Below are positions 12,541-25,205 of a DNA stretch of 64,000 nt, piece after piece. Position 1 is the first letter of the stretch. The number at the start of each line of letters is the position of its first letter. Made by a program: the position numbers and the translations under genes. Source of the DNA: Heterodontus francisci (lineage: Eukaryota); NCBI RefSeq assembly GCF_036365525.1, contig NC_090387.1:76569300-76633299 (forward strand). Reading direction: 5' to 3'. Under the pieces are notes generated by a model that was given only the letters and a program-made list of their open reading frames with translations, did no database searches and was not told the DNA's origin.

Positions 12541-15500
12541 AGGGGAGGTGGTGGTGGTGGCATAGTGGTAATGACTCTGGGGACATGGGTTCAAATCCCA
12601 CCATGGCAGCTGGTGGAATTTAAATTCAATTAATAATGCTGGAATTTAAAAAAAAAAAGCTAGTCTCAGTCATGAGCCATGAAACCACTGTCGATTGTCA
12701 TAAAAAAACAATAGTTCATTAATGTCATTTAGGGAAGGAAATCTGCCATCCTTACTTGGTCTGGCCGACATTTGACTCCAGACCCACAGCAATGTGGCTG
12801 ACTCTTAAATGTTCTGTGAAATAGCCTAGTAAGCCATTCAGTTGCACCAAACTGCTAGAAAAAAGTCTAAAAGGAATGAAACCGGACGGACCACCCGGTA
12901 TCGACCTAGGCACTGGAAATGACAAGGGCAAACCTATCCCCGTTGACCCTGTAAAGTTTTCCTTGCTAACATCTATTGACATAGGCATACTCACAGAATC
13001 ATACCTTACAACCAATGTCCCAGATGCCACCATCACCATCCCTGGATGTGTCCTGTTCCAGCACAGTGGCATACAGTCGGGAGGGTGTTGTCCTCAATCC
13101 TGACTCCGGGCCCCATGAAGTCTCATGGCATCAGGTCAAACAAATTCTGATTACCACCGACCCACTCCCGTCGTCTCAGCTGATGAATCAGTACTCCTCC
13201 ATGTTGAACATCACTTGGAAGAAGCATTGATGATGCAAGGGCACTAATGTACTCTGCATGGGGGACTTCAATGTCCATCACCAAGAGTGGCTTGGTAGCA
13301 CCACTACTGACTGAGTTGGCTGAGTTCTAAAGGATATAGCTGCGACTGGGTCTGCGGCAGGTGATGAGGGAGGCAACAAGAGCGAAAAACCTACTCGACT
13401 TGTCCTTACCAATCTGCATGTCGCAGATGCATCTGTCACATTCCAAACCCACAACCTCTACCACCTAGAAGGACAAGGACAATATAGTTAGGAGCGACCA
13501 CCACACAGTCCTTGTGGAAACGACATCCCGTCCTCACATTAGGGACGTATCGTGTTGTGTGGCACTACTACAGTGCTAAATGGGCTAGATTTCAAACAGA
13601 TCTAGCAACTCAGAACTGGACATCCATGAGGCACAATGGGCCATCAGCAGCAGAATTGTATTCAATGACAATCTGTAACCTCATGGCCCGGCATATCCCC
13701 TACTCTACCATTACCATCAAACTAGGGGACCAACTCTGGTTCAATGAAGAGTGCAGGAGGGCATGCCAGGAGCAGCACCAGGCATACCTAAACATGAGGT
13801 ATCAACCTGGTGAATTTACAATATCGGACTACTTGCATGCTGAACAGTGGAACCAGCATGCGATAGACAGAGCTAGGCGATCCCACAACAAACGGATCAG
13901 ATCTAAGCTCTGCAGTCCTGCCACATCCAGTCGTGAATAGTGGTGGACAATTAAACAACTAACAGGAGGAGGAGGCTCCACAAATATCTCCATCTTCAAT
14001 GATGGGGGAACCCAGCACATCAGTGCAAAAGACAAGGCTGAAGCATTTGCAACCAACTTCAGCCAGAAGTGCTGAGTGGATGATCCATCTCAGCCTCCTC
14101 CTGAGGTCCCCAGCATCACTGCCAATCTTCAGCCAGTCCGATTCACTCCACATGATATCAAGAAATGGCTAAAGGCACTGGATATTGCAAAGGCTATGGG
14201 CAACTATGACAATATTCCAGCAATAGTACTGAAGACCTGTGCCCCGAACTGGCTGCGCCCCTAGCCAAACTTTTCCAGTACAGCTGCAACACTGGCAATT
14301 ACCCGACAATTGGAAAATTGCCCAGGTATGTCCTGTACACAAAAAGCAGGACAAATCCAACCCGGCCAATTACGGCCTCTCAGTCTACCTTTGATCATCA
14401 GCAAAGTGATGGAAGAGGTTGTCAATACTGCCATGAAGCGGCACTTACTCAGCAATAACTTGCTCACTGATGCTCAGTTTGGGTTCCACCAGGGCCACTC
14501 AGCTCCTGACCTCATTACAGCCTTTGTCCAAATATGGACAAAAGAGATGAACTCAAGGTGAAAGTGACTGTCCTTGACGTCAAGGCAGCATTTGACTGAG
14601 TATGGCATCAAGGAGCCCTAACAAAACTGGAATCAATGGGAATCGGGGAAAGCTCTCCACTTGTTGGAGTCATACCGAGCGCAAAGGAAGATGGTTGTGG
14701 TTGTAGGAGGTCAGTCATCTCAGTCCCAGGACATCACTGCAGGAGTTCCTCAGGGTAGTGTCCTAGGCCCAACTATCTTCAGCTTTTTCATCACTGACCT
14801 TCCCTCCATCATAAGGTCAGAACTGGAGATGTTTGCTGATGATTGCACAATGTTCAGCACCATATGCAACTCCTCAGGCACTGAAGCAGTCTGTGTCCAC
14901 ATGCAGAAAGACCTGGACAGAATTCAGACTTGGGCTGATGGGTGACAAGTAACATTTGCACCACAAGTTCCAGGTAATGACCATCTCCAACAAGAGAGAA
15001 GCCAACCATCTCCCTTTGACATTCAATGGCATTGCCATTGCTGAATCCCTCACTATCAACATCCTCATATTTACCATTAATCAGAAACTAAACTGGACCA
15101 GCTAAATTAGTACTGTGGCTACAAGAGCAGGTCAGAGGATAGGAATTCTGTGGCGAGTAACTCACTTCCTGACTCCTCAAAGCCTGTCCACCATCTACAA
15201 GGCACAAGTCAGGAGTGTGATGGAATACTCTCCACTTGCCTGGATGAGTGCAGCTCCAACAACACTAAAGAAGCTCGGCACCATCCAGGACAAAGCAGCT
15301 TCCTTGATTGGCACCCCATTCACCACCTTAAATATTCACTCCATCCCCCACCGATGCACAGTGGCAGTAGTGTGTACCATCTACATGATGCACTGCAGCA
15401 ACTGCCCAAGGTTCCTTCGACAGCACCTTCCAAACCCGCGACCTCTACAGCCTAGAAGAATAGGGGCAGCAGATGCATGGGAACACACCACCTGCTAGTT

Positions 15501-15715
15501 CCCCTCCAAGCCACACACCATCCTGACTTGGTCCTATATTGCTGTTCCTTCGCCGCCGCTGGGCCAAAATCCTGGCATCCCCTTCCTAACAGCACTGTTG
15601 GTGTGCTTACACCATATGCACAGCAGCGGTTCAAGAAGGTGGCTCACACCACCTTCTCAAGGGTAATAAATGCTAGCCTGGGCAGTGACGCCCACATCCC
15701 ATGAAATAATGGAAA
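12541..15715 (+). mobile_element. Near full-length decayed LINE (CR1/L2 group; APE+RT) with tRNA-like head
   Basis: ILTESYL, MGDFNVHHQEWLG, SDH (APE); QFGFHQGHSAPDL, GVPQGSVLGP, MFADD (RT); head ..GGCATAGTGGTAA..GGGTTCAAATCCC; tail ..GACGCCCACATCCCATGAA. Confidence 0.9.
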
Positions 15716-15984
15716 AAACATGCCCTGAGACTGTTGCAGACAAGTAATTAATTTGACTCAGCTGTATGGATGGGTCTTTAACGTTATCCTAATAGCCCAA
15801 TGTGACTCAAACCTCCGCAACCTCTTTTCCCTAGCTTTAAATTTATTTTGAATGCTGTGTTTGATGTACTGGATGTATTTAGAGAAAAACACAGTCTACA
15901 TCTGATGCAGTTGTGTTCCTGGCTGCCATAACAAACCAGATTCTAGAAAGGCTGACAAAACTTGAGGTTTTAAGAGAGAGATGG

Positions 15985-16290
15985 ACTTGATTTACACAGT
16001 GCCTTTATCATGTCCCTCACAAATGTCACAAAAAGCTTTGCTCGCAATGGCTTACTGAAAGTGCAGTGACTTGCCATGTAGGTATATGCAAATTAATAAC
16101 CAGTAAATTTGTTTTTGGTGTAGGTTGAGCGGGAATTGCTGACCAGGACACTGAAGGACCCTGCTTTGTTGCCCACTGCAATCTAGACAGACAACTGGGG
16201 CCTCCGTTTGAAGTTTTGTCAGAAGGATGCATTTTTAGCAATGCTGCACTACTGCAGCGCTGCACTGGAATGTTGACGTTGATTCTATTA
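15985..16290 (-). mobile_element. Deu-domain SINE, diverged
   Basis: Reverse-complement similarity to the other Deu-SINE copies. Confidence 0.65.
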
Positions 16291-17170
16291 GAATGACACT
16301 TATCATAGAATGGTTATAATACTGAAGGAGGCCATTTTGCCCGTTGTGACTGTATTGGCTGTCTGCAAGAGCAACTCACCTCGCCCCACTCCCTCGTCTT
16401 TTCCCCATAGCCCTGCAAATCTTTGCTCTTCATCTAATTATCCATTTTTCTTTTGAAGGCCTTAATTAAATCTGCCTCCATCACGCTGTCAGGCAGTGCA
16501 TTCCAGACCCTAACCAGTTGCTGCATAAATAGTTTTTCCTCGTGTCGCTGCTACTTCTTTTGCCAGTTGCCTTAAATTGGTGTCCTCTGGTCCTGGATCC
16601 TTTGGCCAATCTACCATCTAGTCTGTCCAGACCCCTCATGATTTTGATTTGTTCTTATGATCTAATTCAGAGGTGAGAGTGTTGCCAAGTAAGCTGTACT
16701 GATGTTGATGTGGGTTAGGAAATCTGTCTTTTTCCAGGGAAATCCTGTGAAGACTGACCAGGAAATATTCTTTGCCCAACCAAAAATGACTGCTAATAGC
16801 TGTCCAGCCCTATACACAAAATGTAATTCCTCACTTGAGACTGGATTATGAGTATTAACAGGAGCCATTACAGCTGAACACAGCCTTGTTGTTGCCTGTG
16901 CACTTTGCAGCATGGGCCGTTGAATTTGTAGTGTTCCTATTCCAGTGATTGCTAGAAGCATCAAACTCCACACAGATCAGTAATGGAATCTGGAACCTGC
17001 TTGACCTGCGTAGCGTGGTGTACAGGATGTCAGATGTTACTCATGAGGCCATCAGCAGAGTTCCAGAGGAAGATATTTTTGAAAAAGCCAGAAATATGCC
17101 AGTGAGAATTGTTAAACTGAAAATGAAATGCTCAAGCTGTGCTGAAATTTTGAACCCGATGTTATTGCAG

Positions 17171-17287
17171 ATGTGTTGCTCTGTCATGATGATGAGTTAG
17201 AAGGGCGGAGAATAGCGTTCATCCTGTATCTTGTTCCTGAGTGGGAAACAAGTGACGGTGGCACTTTGGACCTTTATGATGTAGATG
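17171..17287 (+). CDS. OGFOD1: OGFOD1 exon 5 (HxD iron-binding motif)
   Basis: ttgcag acceptor; [39 protein letters not shown]; donor G|GTGAGT. Confidence 0.97.
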
Positions 17288-18174
17288 GTGAGTAGGACTT
17301 ACTAAATATAACAGCACATTCTAGTTTTAAGCCCAGACTCATTAGTGCCTCCACCTCAGATGTGTTAATCTGACACCCATCACGGTTGTGGGCATAAGTT
17401 TTGTGTTGAACTTGAAGCTACAATTCTCAACAATTAACATTATGAATACCTTGGCACATTGCTGGGTACTGGGCATAACCATTGTTTTATCACTGTGCAC
17501 GCATTTGCGTATTAGCACTGTGTACTAACGCTATTGGGAAGATTTGGGGTGTTTATGGACAGTGAGGCTGCAGCAGGCTAAATGGACTTTGCGGATCACA
17601 GTCCAGTTTCTAATGCTGGAATTTAGAATTAAAAGTAGTATTGTGTCAGACCAAGTTAAAATAAGGAAACAAATAGGCCATTTTGCATAAGCAAGGGAAT
17701 CTCGTGCTGTGAAATTATAATGCTGCTGTCTGTTAACATACAAGGAAGTGTGTTAGAAGCCTCTCTTTTTTTTTTAGTTTTGGCATTCTCTTACTAACCC
17801 AGCTGAGGCTTCCAAGATTAAGGTCTCCTCTTTTGAATGTAGTGCTGGGTGGAATATTGTATTAGAACTGTGTCCAATGACTTGAAACCCAACTTGAATC
17901 TCAGTTCTACAGTGTAGCTGAAAATTTCCACTGCCTGATCCAGAACTAGATGATGTCGTTGATTAGATTTCTTTTGATTCACTTCCAGTCTGTAATTTGA
18001 GGTTAGGGCAGATTTGGGGGTGTGGGAGGGCAGAAGTTTTGACCTGATAATTCTAATGTGAAATGGACACAAAATGATATTGCAGTTTATAACTAGGATT
18101 TAAACATACCTTACATTCATGACTCAAAAACTGCAACCTTATGATTATGCAACTGAATTAATTGTCTTTTACAG

Positions 18175-18266
18175 ATCATTGTCAGCCTCAGCAGATCGCC
18201 AAGTCTCTAACTCCTTCGTGGAACACATTAGTTTTCTTTGAGGTTTCTCCTGTGTCTCACCATCAG
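18175..18266 (+). CDS. OGFOD1: OGFOD1 exon 6 (distal His)
   Basis: ttttacag acceptor; [30 protein letters not shown]; donor CAG|GTACAA. Confidence 0.96.
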
Positions 18267-18291
18267 GTACAAATGTGATAAAGTTCAGGAT

Positions 18292-18643
18292 AGTTTTAGT
18301 TTTAGAGATACAGCACTGAAACAGGCCCTTCAGCCCACCGAGTCTGTGCCGACCATCAACCACCCATTTATACTAATCCTACACTAATTCCATATTCCTA
18401 CCACATCCCCACCTGTCCCTATATTTCCCTACCACCTACCTATACTAGGGGCAATTTATAATGGCCAATTTACCTATCAACCAGCAAGTCTTTTGGCATG
18501 TGGGAGGAAACTGGAGCACCCGGAGGAAACCCACGCAGACACAGGGAGAACTTGCAAACTCCACACAGGCAGTACCCAGAATTGAACCCGGGTCGCTGGA
18601 GCTGTGAAGCTGCGGTGCTAACCACTGCGCCACTGTGCCGCCC
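18292..18643 (-). mobile_element. HE1-type V-SINE
   Basis: Full-length reverse-complement copy with (CTAAAA)n tail. Confidence 0.93.
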
Positions 18644-19593
18644 CTGGGTAAGCTGGGTAATAACCAGAGGCACATCCTCTGCCTGGCTGTGATTTGTGGA
18701 ACTGACTACATAGGCTCCAGATCCACAGACAGCCAGATGCAGAGCTGTGCCATCTGTTGCAGGGATGCTGCAGCTAATGTGTAGCATAAAGTATGGAACG
18801 GCCAGTGATTAACTGTGCCCTCAAATGCTTTGCCTTCTTCAAGGCATGTTGCAATGCTATCCTCGGGAGGGGCACCCTGGAGTGGAAAGCAGGGTTGCCC
18901 TCCTCACTTTCAGTTCATTTTGCATCACTTCCACTTCAGCTGTTAGACTGGGGTTGGAGAGTTGCCCCAATCTATCACTCGGCAATATACTCCACTTCCT
19001 GCCTCCACATTTTACTAGTCAGCCAGTGAGTTTTGCCAAACATACTTTTAACCCATACAAAGTTTGCAAGTGCTGAGATATGCATTTAAAGTACTGCCAA
19101 TCTTTGTGAAGGTGAGGCCCATTTTTATGCCAGTATGCAGCTACTTGGCACTTTAAGGCTGCATGTATACGATTTCTGTCCCCACTCTGGTGAGCTCCCA
19201 ATTGCTAGGCCCAATGTTGACTGGAAGCTTGTAAATGGAGCTGAAAAATTAGGTGGGATCAGCACACTAATGGTTGAATGAGTGCTTGTAAATACATCAC
19301 CTGACTAATGCCTTATTGGGGGTTCAATCACAAGATCTACCATCGTTTGATGTTGAAAATGATATGTAGCTTTTGCACTGGTCTTGTTTTCATGCCACAT
19401 AGTAGGCTACATAAGGTATTGCTGTTGTTTCAGTTTCATTATGAGGGAGGGTTTGCTATTTATAAGGACATTCATTATTGAAATGTGATTTAATAAAGCA
19501 GCAAATAGCTTGTTCTCAGTGCAATGTGTAACATGGCTGGTTGAGTTTTAGCATTTGATGCTTAATGCTGTGCTGCATGCTTTACCTATTCAG

Positions 19594-19722
19594 GTGTCCG
19601 AAGTTATGTTGGAGGGAAAGTGCCGTCTTTCTGTCAGCGGCTGGTTCCATGGGCCATCACTGGAGAGGCCACCTCGTTACATCGAATCTCTTTCTGCCCG
19701 ATCTCCACATATCGCAAGTGAT
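19594..19722 (+). CDS. OGFOD1: OGFOD1 exon 7 (2OG-binding RxS)
   Basis: [43 protein letters not shown]; attcag acceptor, GAT|GTAAGT donor. Confidence 0.96.
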
Positions 19723-19874
19723 GTAAGTTCAGATCCTACCATTTTGGTCACAATCAGCACACTAAAGTCTCAGTCTGATTAAAATAATATGCTTTGGGGG
19801 ATGGGAACTGAATGCTGCTGTGGAATATCATCTTACCATTTCACCTCTGAGACTTGGGTTCCAATCCAGTACAG

Positions 19875-21385
19875 CTTCTTCTTTGGCCTTCTTGTCTCGA
19901 GAGACAATGGGTAAGTGCCTGGAGGTGGTCAGTGGTTTGTGAAGCAGTGCCTGGAATGGCTACAAAGGCCAATTCTAGAGTGACAGACTTTTCCACAGGT
20001 GCTGCAGATATAATTGGTTGTCGGGGCTGTTACACAGTTGGCTCTGTCCTTGCGCTTCTGTCTTTTTTCCTGCCAACAGCAAAGTCTGTTCGACTCGCCA
20101 CTCTTTAGCCCCGCCTTTATGGCTGTCCGCCAGCTCTGGCGATCACTGGCAACTGACTCCCACGACTTGTGGTCAATGTCACAGGACTTCATGTCACGTT
20201 TGCAGACGTCTTTAAAGCAGAGACATGGATGGCCGGTGGGTCTGATACCAGTGACGAGCTCACTGTACAATGTGTCCTTGGGGATCCTGCCATCTTCCAT
20301 GCGGCTCACATGGCCAAGCCATCTCGAGCGCCGCTAGCTCAGTAGGGTGTATATACTGGGGATGTTGGCCGCCTCGAGGACTTCTGCTTTGGGGCTTTGG
20401 TCCTGCCACCTGATGCCAAGGATTCTCCGGAGGCAGCGAAGATAGAATGAATTGAGACGTCGCTTTTGGCTGACATATGTTGTTCAGGCCTCGCTGCCGT
20501 AGAGCAAGGTACTGAGAACGCAGGCTTGATACACTTGGACTTTTGTTTTCCGTGTCGGTGCGCCATTTTCCCACACTCTCTTGGCCAGTCTGGACATAGC
20601 AGTGGAAGCCTTTCCCATGCGCTTGTTGATTTCTGCATCGAGAGACAGGTTATTGGTGATAGTTGAGCCTAGGTAGATGAACTCTTGAACCACTTCCAGA
20701 GTGTTGTCGCCAATATTAATGGATGGAGCATTTCTGACGTCCTATCCCATGACGTTCATTTTGTTAAGGCTGATGGTTAGGCCAAATTCGTTGCCGGCAG
20801 CCACAATCCTGTCTGAGTCTTTGCAGACACTGTTCTGTGTGGGATGTTAATGCAGCATCGTCAGCAAAGAGGAGTTCCCTGATGAGGACTTTCTGTACTT
20901 TAGTCTTCGCTCTTAGACGGGCAAGGTTGAACAACCTGCCATCTGATCTGGTGTAGAGGAAAATTCCTTCTTCTGAAGACTTGAATGCACGTGAGAGCAG
21001 CAGGGAGAAGAAGATCCCAAACAGTGTAGGTGCGAGAACACAGCCCTGTTTCACGCCACTCAGGATAGGAAAGGGGTCTGATGAGGCACCGCTATGCTGA
21101 ATTGTGCCTTTCATATTGTCATGGAATGAGGTGATGATACTTAGTAGCTTTGGTGGACATCTGATCTTTGTTAGTAGTGTGAAGAGACCACGTCTGCTGA
21201 CGAGGTCAAAGGCTTTTGTGAAATCTATGAAAGCAACGTAGAGGGGCATCTGTTGTTCGCGGCATTTCTCCTGTAGCTCATGAATGGAGAACAGCATGTC
21301 AATGGTGGATCTCTTTGCTCAAAAGCCACACTGTGCCTCAGGGTAGACATGCTCAGCCAACCTCTGGAGCCTGTTTAAAACGACT
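19875..21385 (-). mobile_element. RTE-clade LINE, 5' truncated
   Basis: LQEKCREQQMPLYVAFIDFTKAFDLVSR, GVKQGCVLAPTLF, LLFADD, RMEDGRIPKD, C-terminal CxxC..H..H-like CSTCGKVCHSRIGLCSH; (GAA)n tail. Confidence 0.93.
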
Positions 21386-22881
21386 GGTATATGAAATGAG
21401 CTTGGGCACAAATTGGCATTTGTTTAGCCACTAAAGCAGCTGGCATTGGAAATGGAAAATATCATACTGATGCAGTAGGGATTGATCCTTTGGGGCTGAG
21501 GTGTGTTGTTGCCCAGAGTATGGGAAGGTTTGCTTTGTGGCTAACCTATGTTATACCTTATCTGTGATTCCTCTCTGGCAACGATGCTTATGTAAAGTGC
21601 TCAAATCAATGTAAAATGTACCAAAAAGTATTTAAAAATTAGGTACTGGCGTAGGCCATTCAGCTCCTCGAGTCTGGTCTGTCATTCAGTTCTTCATAAC
21701 AATAACAACAACCTGTGTTTATTTAGCACTTTTAACGTAACAAAATGTCCCTAGGTGCCCATCATGGTTCCATACCCTTTGATACACTTACCTAACAAAA
21801 ATCTATCTCTGTCTTTAAAATTCCAATTGACCCAGCATTCATATCTATTGGCATGGGAGTACCAGAAATCTTCTGTCCTTTAAGTGAAAAAATGCTTCCA
21901 GATTTCCCTTCAGATTATGTCCCCTTGTTCTTGATTTCTCTCACCAGAGGAAATAGCTTCTCCATCAATCCTATTCAATCCGTTTAACATTTCAAACAGG
22001 TCACTCCTCAACATTGTATACGCAAGAGAATACGTCATATTTATGCCATCTTTCCTCAGAATTTAATCCTCTAAACCCCACCATTATTCTGGTGAATTAC
22101 AGTATGTATTCCAGTTTTTGAGTTTGAGATGCAGCCTGATCCTCAGATAATAGGAATGTTTCAGATGTGACTCAAGGGTGCTTGTTGGTTTCTTCTTTAA
22201 ACTCATAATTTGAAGAAAGACTGGAGAACTTCTCCTACATAAAGCTATATTAAATAATTTGTTTTATGATTTTATTGAGGCCTTTCTGCTAACCAACAGG
22301 ATGGAATCCTTTTGCCACACTTCATTCCCTAAGAGTCCTCTAGCAACTGTGTCCAACTGAGCGCAGCATGTGCAGTACCCAACTTCCACCACAAGAAGCC
22401 ACTGCATCATTATTTCAGCAGCAGGATATAGTCTAATTATCAGATAATTAAAACATTTTAGCACTATGTTCTCGTTATGCTGTGGTATTTAGTTTTTTAA
22501 GTGAAAAGTTCCTGAAACTTCCAGGAATAGTGTGATGTAGTAGCAGAAAGAACACCAAGTAATAACAACTTCCATTCATGTAGCACCTTTGATGTTGTAA
22601 AATGCCCAAAGGCACTTCACAGGAACTTTGCCAAACAAAATTTGACCCCGAGCTGCATAATGAGATATTAGGACAGGTGACCAAGAAATAGATTTTAAGA
22701 AGCATCTTAAATGGCGAGAGATAGGTAGAGAGGCAGAGAAGTCCAGTGCTTGGGATAAATACCTAATCAGAACACAGCACCAATGCTGTACTGGAACAGA
22801 GCAGGTAGCTGACATATTGGGATCTCAGTATTGCAGCGACACCAATCAGATGAAATATATTTGCTTCCTTTTATGTTTCAG

Positions 22882-22995
22882 GAAGAAATTCTTTATGACT
22901 GGATCAATCCAATTTACCTGGATGTGTCAGCTCAAGTCCACATCCAGGAGGAGTTTGAGGATAAATCAGAGATACTTCTAAAGAATTTTTTCAAG
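22882..22995 (+). CDS. OGFOD1: OGFOD1 exon 8
   Basis: [38 protein letters not shown]; tttcag acceptor, AAG|GTGAGA donor. Confidence 0.96.
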
Positions 22996-23176
22996 GTGAG
23001 AGGTCAGTTGGGGCTTAATTCCGTTGAAAGGCAGGAGCTCTTTTAAAAAAAAAAATGCTTGTTGAGCATGAACATTAAAATGTATGTGATTCATTGACAA
23101 CAGCCATGGGAGGGCCCTTGGAGTGAATCTATTTCTTTGTTCAAGTGTCAGCGTAAGGTGTTTTTTTTTTATTCAC

Positions 23177-23559
23177 TGGTATTGTCACTGGACTAGTAAC
23201 CCAGAGACCCAGGTATTGCTCTGGGGACATGGGTTCGAATCCCGCCACAACAAAGTGGAATTCGAATTCAATTAATAAAAAAAAAAATCTGGAATTTAAA
23301 GCTAGTCTAATGATGGCCATGAAACCATTGTCGATTGTTGTAAAACCCCATCTGGTTCACTAATGTCCTTTAGGGAAGGAAATCTGCTGTCCTTACCTGG
23401 TCTGGCCTACATGTGACTCCAGATCCACAGCAATGTGGTTGACTCTTACATGCCCTTGAAATGGCCTCGCAAGCCACTCAGTTCAAGGGCAATTAGGGAT
23501 GGGCAATAAATGCTGGCCTGGCCTGCGACGCCCACATCCCATGAAAGAATCAAAAAAAA
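23177..23559 (+). mobile_element. SINE-like derivative of the tRNA-headed LINE
   Basis: tRNA-like head GGGTTCGAATCCC, body homologous to 12570-12843, then LINE tail CAAGGGCAATTAGGGATGGGCAATAAATGC...CCCATGAAAGAAT-polyA. Confidence 0.88.
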
Positions 23560-23830
23560 ATGTTCATCATATGCAGATATCAGGCATGATTGCGAAATCA
23601 GCTCTTGTGGAGAAAGAGGTTGCTTTTTTTTTAACTAAAAGCTACCACTGGAGTCAGAATTTTCAAAAAGAAGAAATATGGACACTGAAAGGTAGTCTGT
23701 CTTTTGGCAACCAACTGTCTAGGCAGTCAGGCAGAAAAAGACTCTGATTGACAAGAGACTGAAGGGAGAAGAGATTCTGTCCCAGGATTGTAGGGCAGAA
23801 TGCAGAATCCTTATTCTGCCTACATTGGTG

Positions 23831-24185
23831 GTTTAGTTTAGTTTAGAGTTTAGTTTAGAGATACAGCACTGAAACAGGCCCTTCGGCCCACCGAGTCTGT
23901 GCCGACCGTCAACCACCCATTTATACTAATCCTACAGTAATCCCATATTCCTACCACATCCCCACCTGTCCCTATATTTACCTCCCACCTACCTCTACTA
24001 GGGGCAATTTATAATGGCCAATTAACCTATCAACCTGCAAGTCTTTGGCATGTGGGAGGAAACCGGAGCACCCGGAGAAAACCCACGCAGACACAGGGAG
24101 AACTTGCAAACTCCACACAGGCAGTACCCAGAATTGAACCCGGGTCGCTGGAGCTGTGAGGCTGCGGTGCTAGCCACTGTGCCGC
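23831..24185 (-). mobile_element. HE1-type V-SINE
   Basis: Reverse-complement copy with (CTAAA)n tail. Confidence 0.92.
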
Positions 24186-24389
24186 GTTCATTTTTTAATA
24201 GTACGTGAAGCTGCATTGTATTGATTTAAGGTAAGCGACCTATTAGTCCATACAATCCACTTTATTGAATTGTGCAGGACAGCTTAGGAACTCAAAGTAA
24301 TCTTTGTCTCACCTAGTTTAACTCAGTTGACCTTCAGAGGGATTGCAGAAGTACAAATGCAAAAGACATGAGGGGATTCTATTGTCACA

Positions 24390-24578
24390 ATCCTGGGCCC
24401 TGCTACTATACAGAAACCTGGAACTCCCTTCCTAACAGCACTGTGGGCATACTTACACCACATGCTCTGTAGAGGTTCAAGAAGGTGGCTCGCCACCACC
24501 TTCTCGAGGACAATTAGAGATGTGCAACAAATGCTGGCCTTGCCAACGCACCCACATCCTATAGAAGAATAAAAAATA
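24390..24578 (+). mobile_element. Short LINE 3' tail fragment
   Basis: CCTGGAACTCCCTTCCTAACAGCACTGTGGG...TTCAAGAAGGTGGCTCGCCACCACC... Confidence 0.75.
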
Positions 24579-24804
24579 GATATCAGGCAGTGTGAGTCAT
24601 CTCCCAGAAAAATAAGATGCTCAGACCATTTACTGGAGCAATTGATGCCACTGCAAGCAAGAAGGTGTCTGCGACAGTATCAAATTTCTATTGAGCTTAA
24701 AGAACAGCAAACTTCTTTAAATTGTCATTTTTGTTATACATATAGAAAATGGTTGAATGTGCTGGTTAATATTTTGCCTGTTTTTCTGCTTCTGCGAATC
24801 AGTT

Positions 24805-25205
24805 TATTTAGAAAGAACTTGCATTTACACAGTGCCTTCATGATCTCAAAATGTCCCAAGGTGCTTCACAATGAGTGAAGCACTTTTGAAGTGTACTCAT
24901 TGTTATGTCGGGAAATATAGCAGCCAATTTGCAGACAGCAATCTTCTACAAACAGCAATGAGGTAATGACTAGTTAATTCGGTAATGCCTGGTTAATGGA
25001 TAAATATGAGCCAGGACACCAAGAGAACTCCTCTGCTCTTCTTTGAATAGTGCATTGGGATATCTTGCACCTGAGCGGGAAGGCAGGGCCTTGATTTAAT
25101 GTCTGATCTGAAAGACAGCATCTCCATGTCAGCCTGGTTTATGTGCTCAAGTCTTGCAACCTTCTGACTGAGGTGAGAGTGCTAAGACTGAGCCAGGCTG
25201 ACACA
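24805..25205 (-). mobile_element. Deu-domain SINE
   Basis: AGAAAGAACTTGCATTTA...GCAGCCAATTTGC...GCCAGGACACC..GAGAACTCCTCTGCTCTTCTTTGAATAGTGC. Confidence 0.8.
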
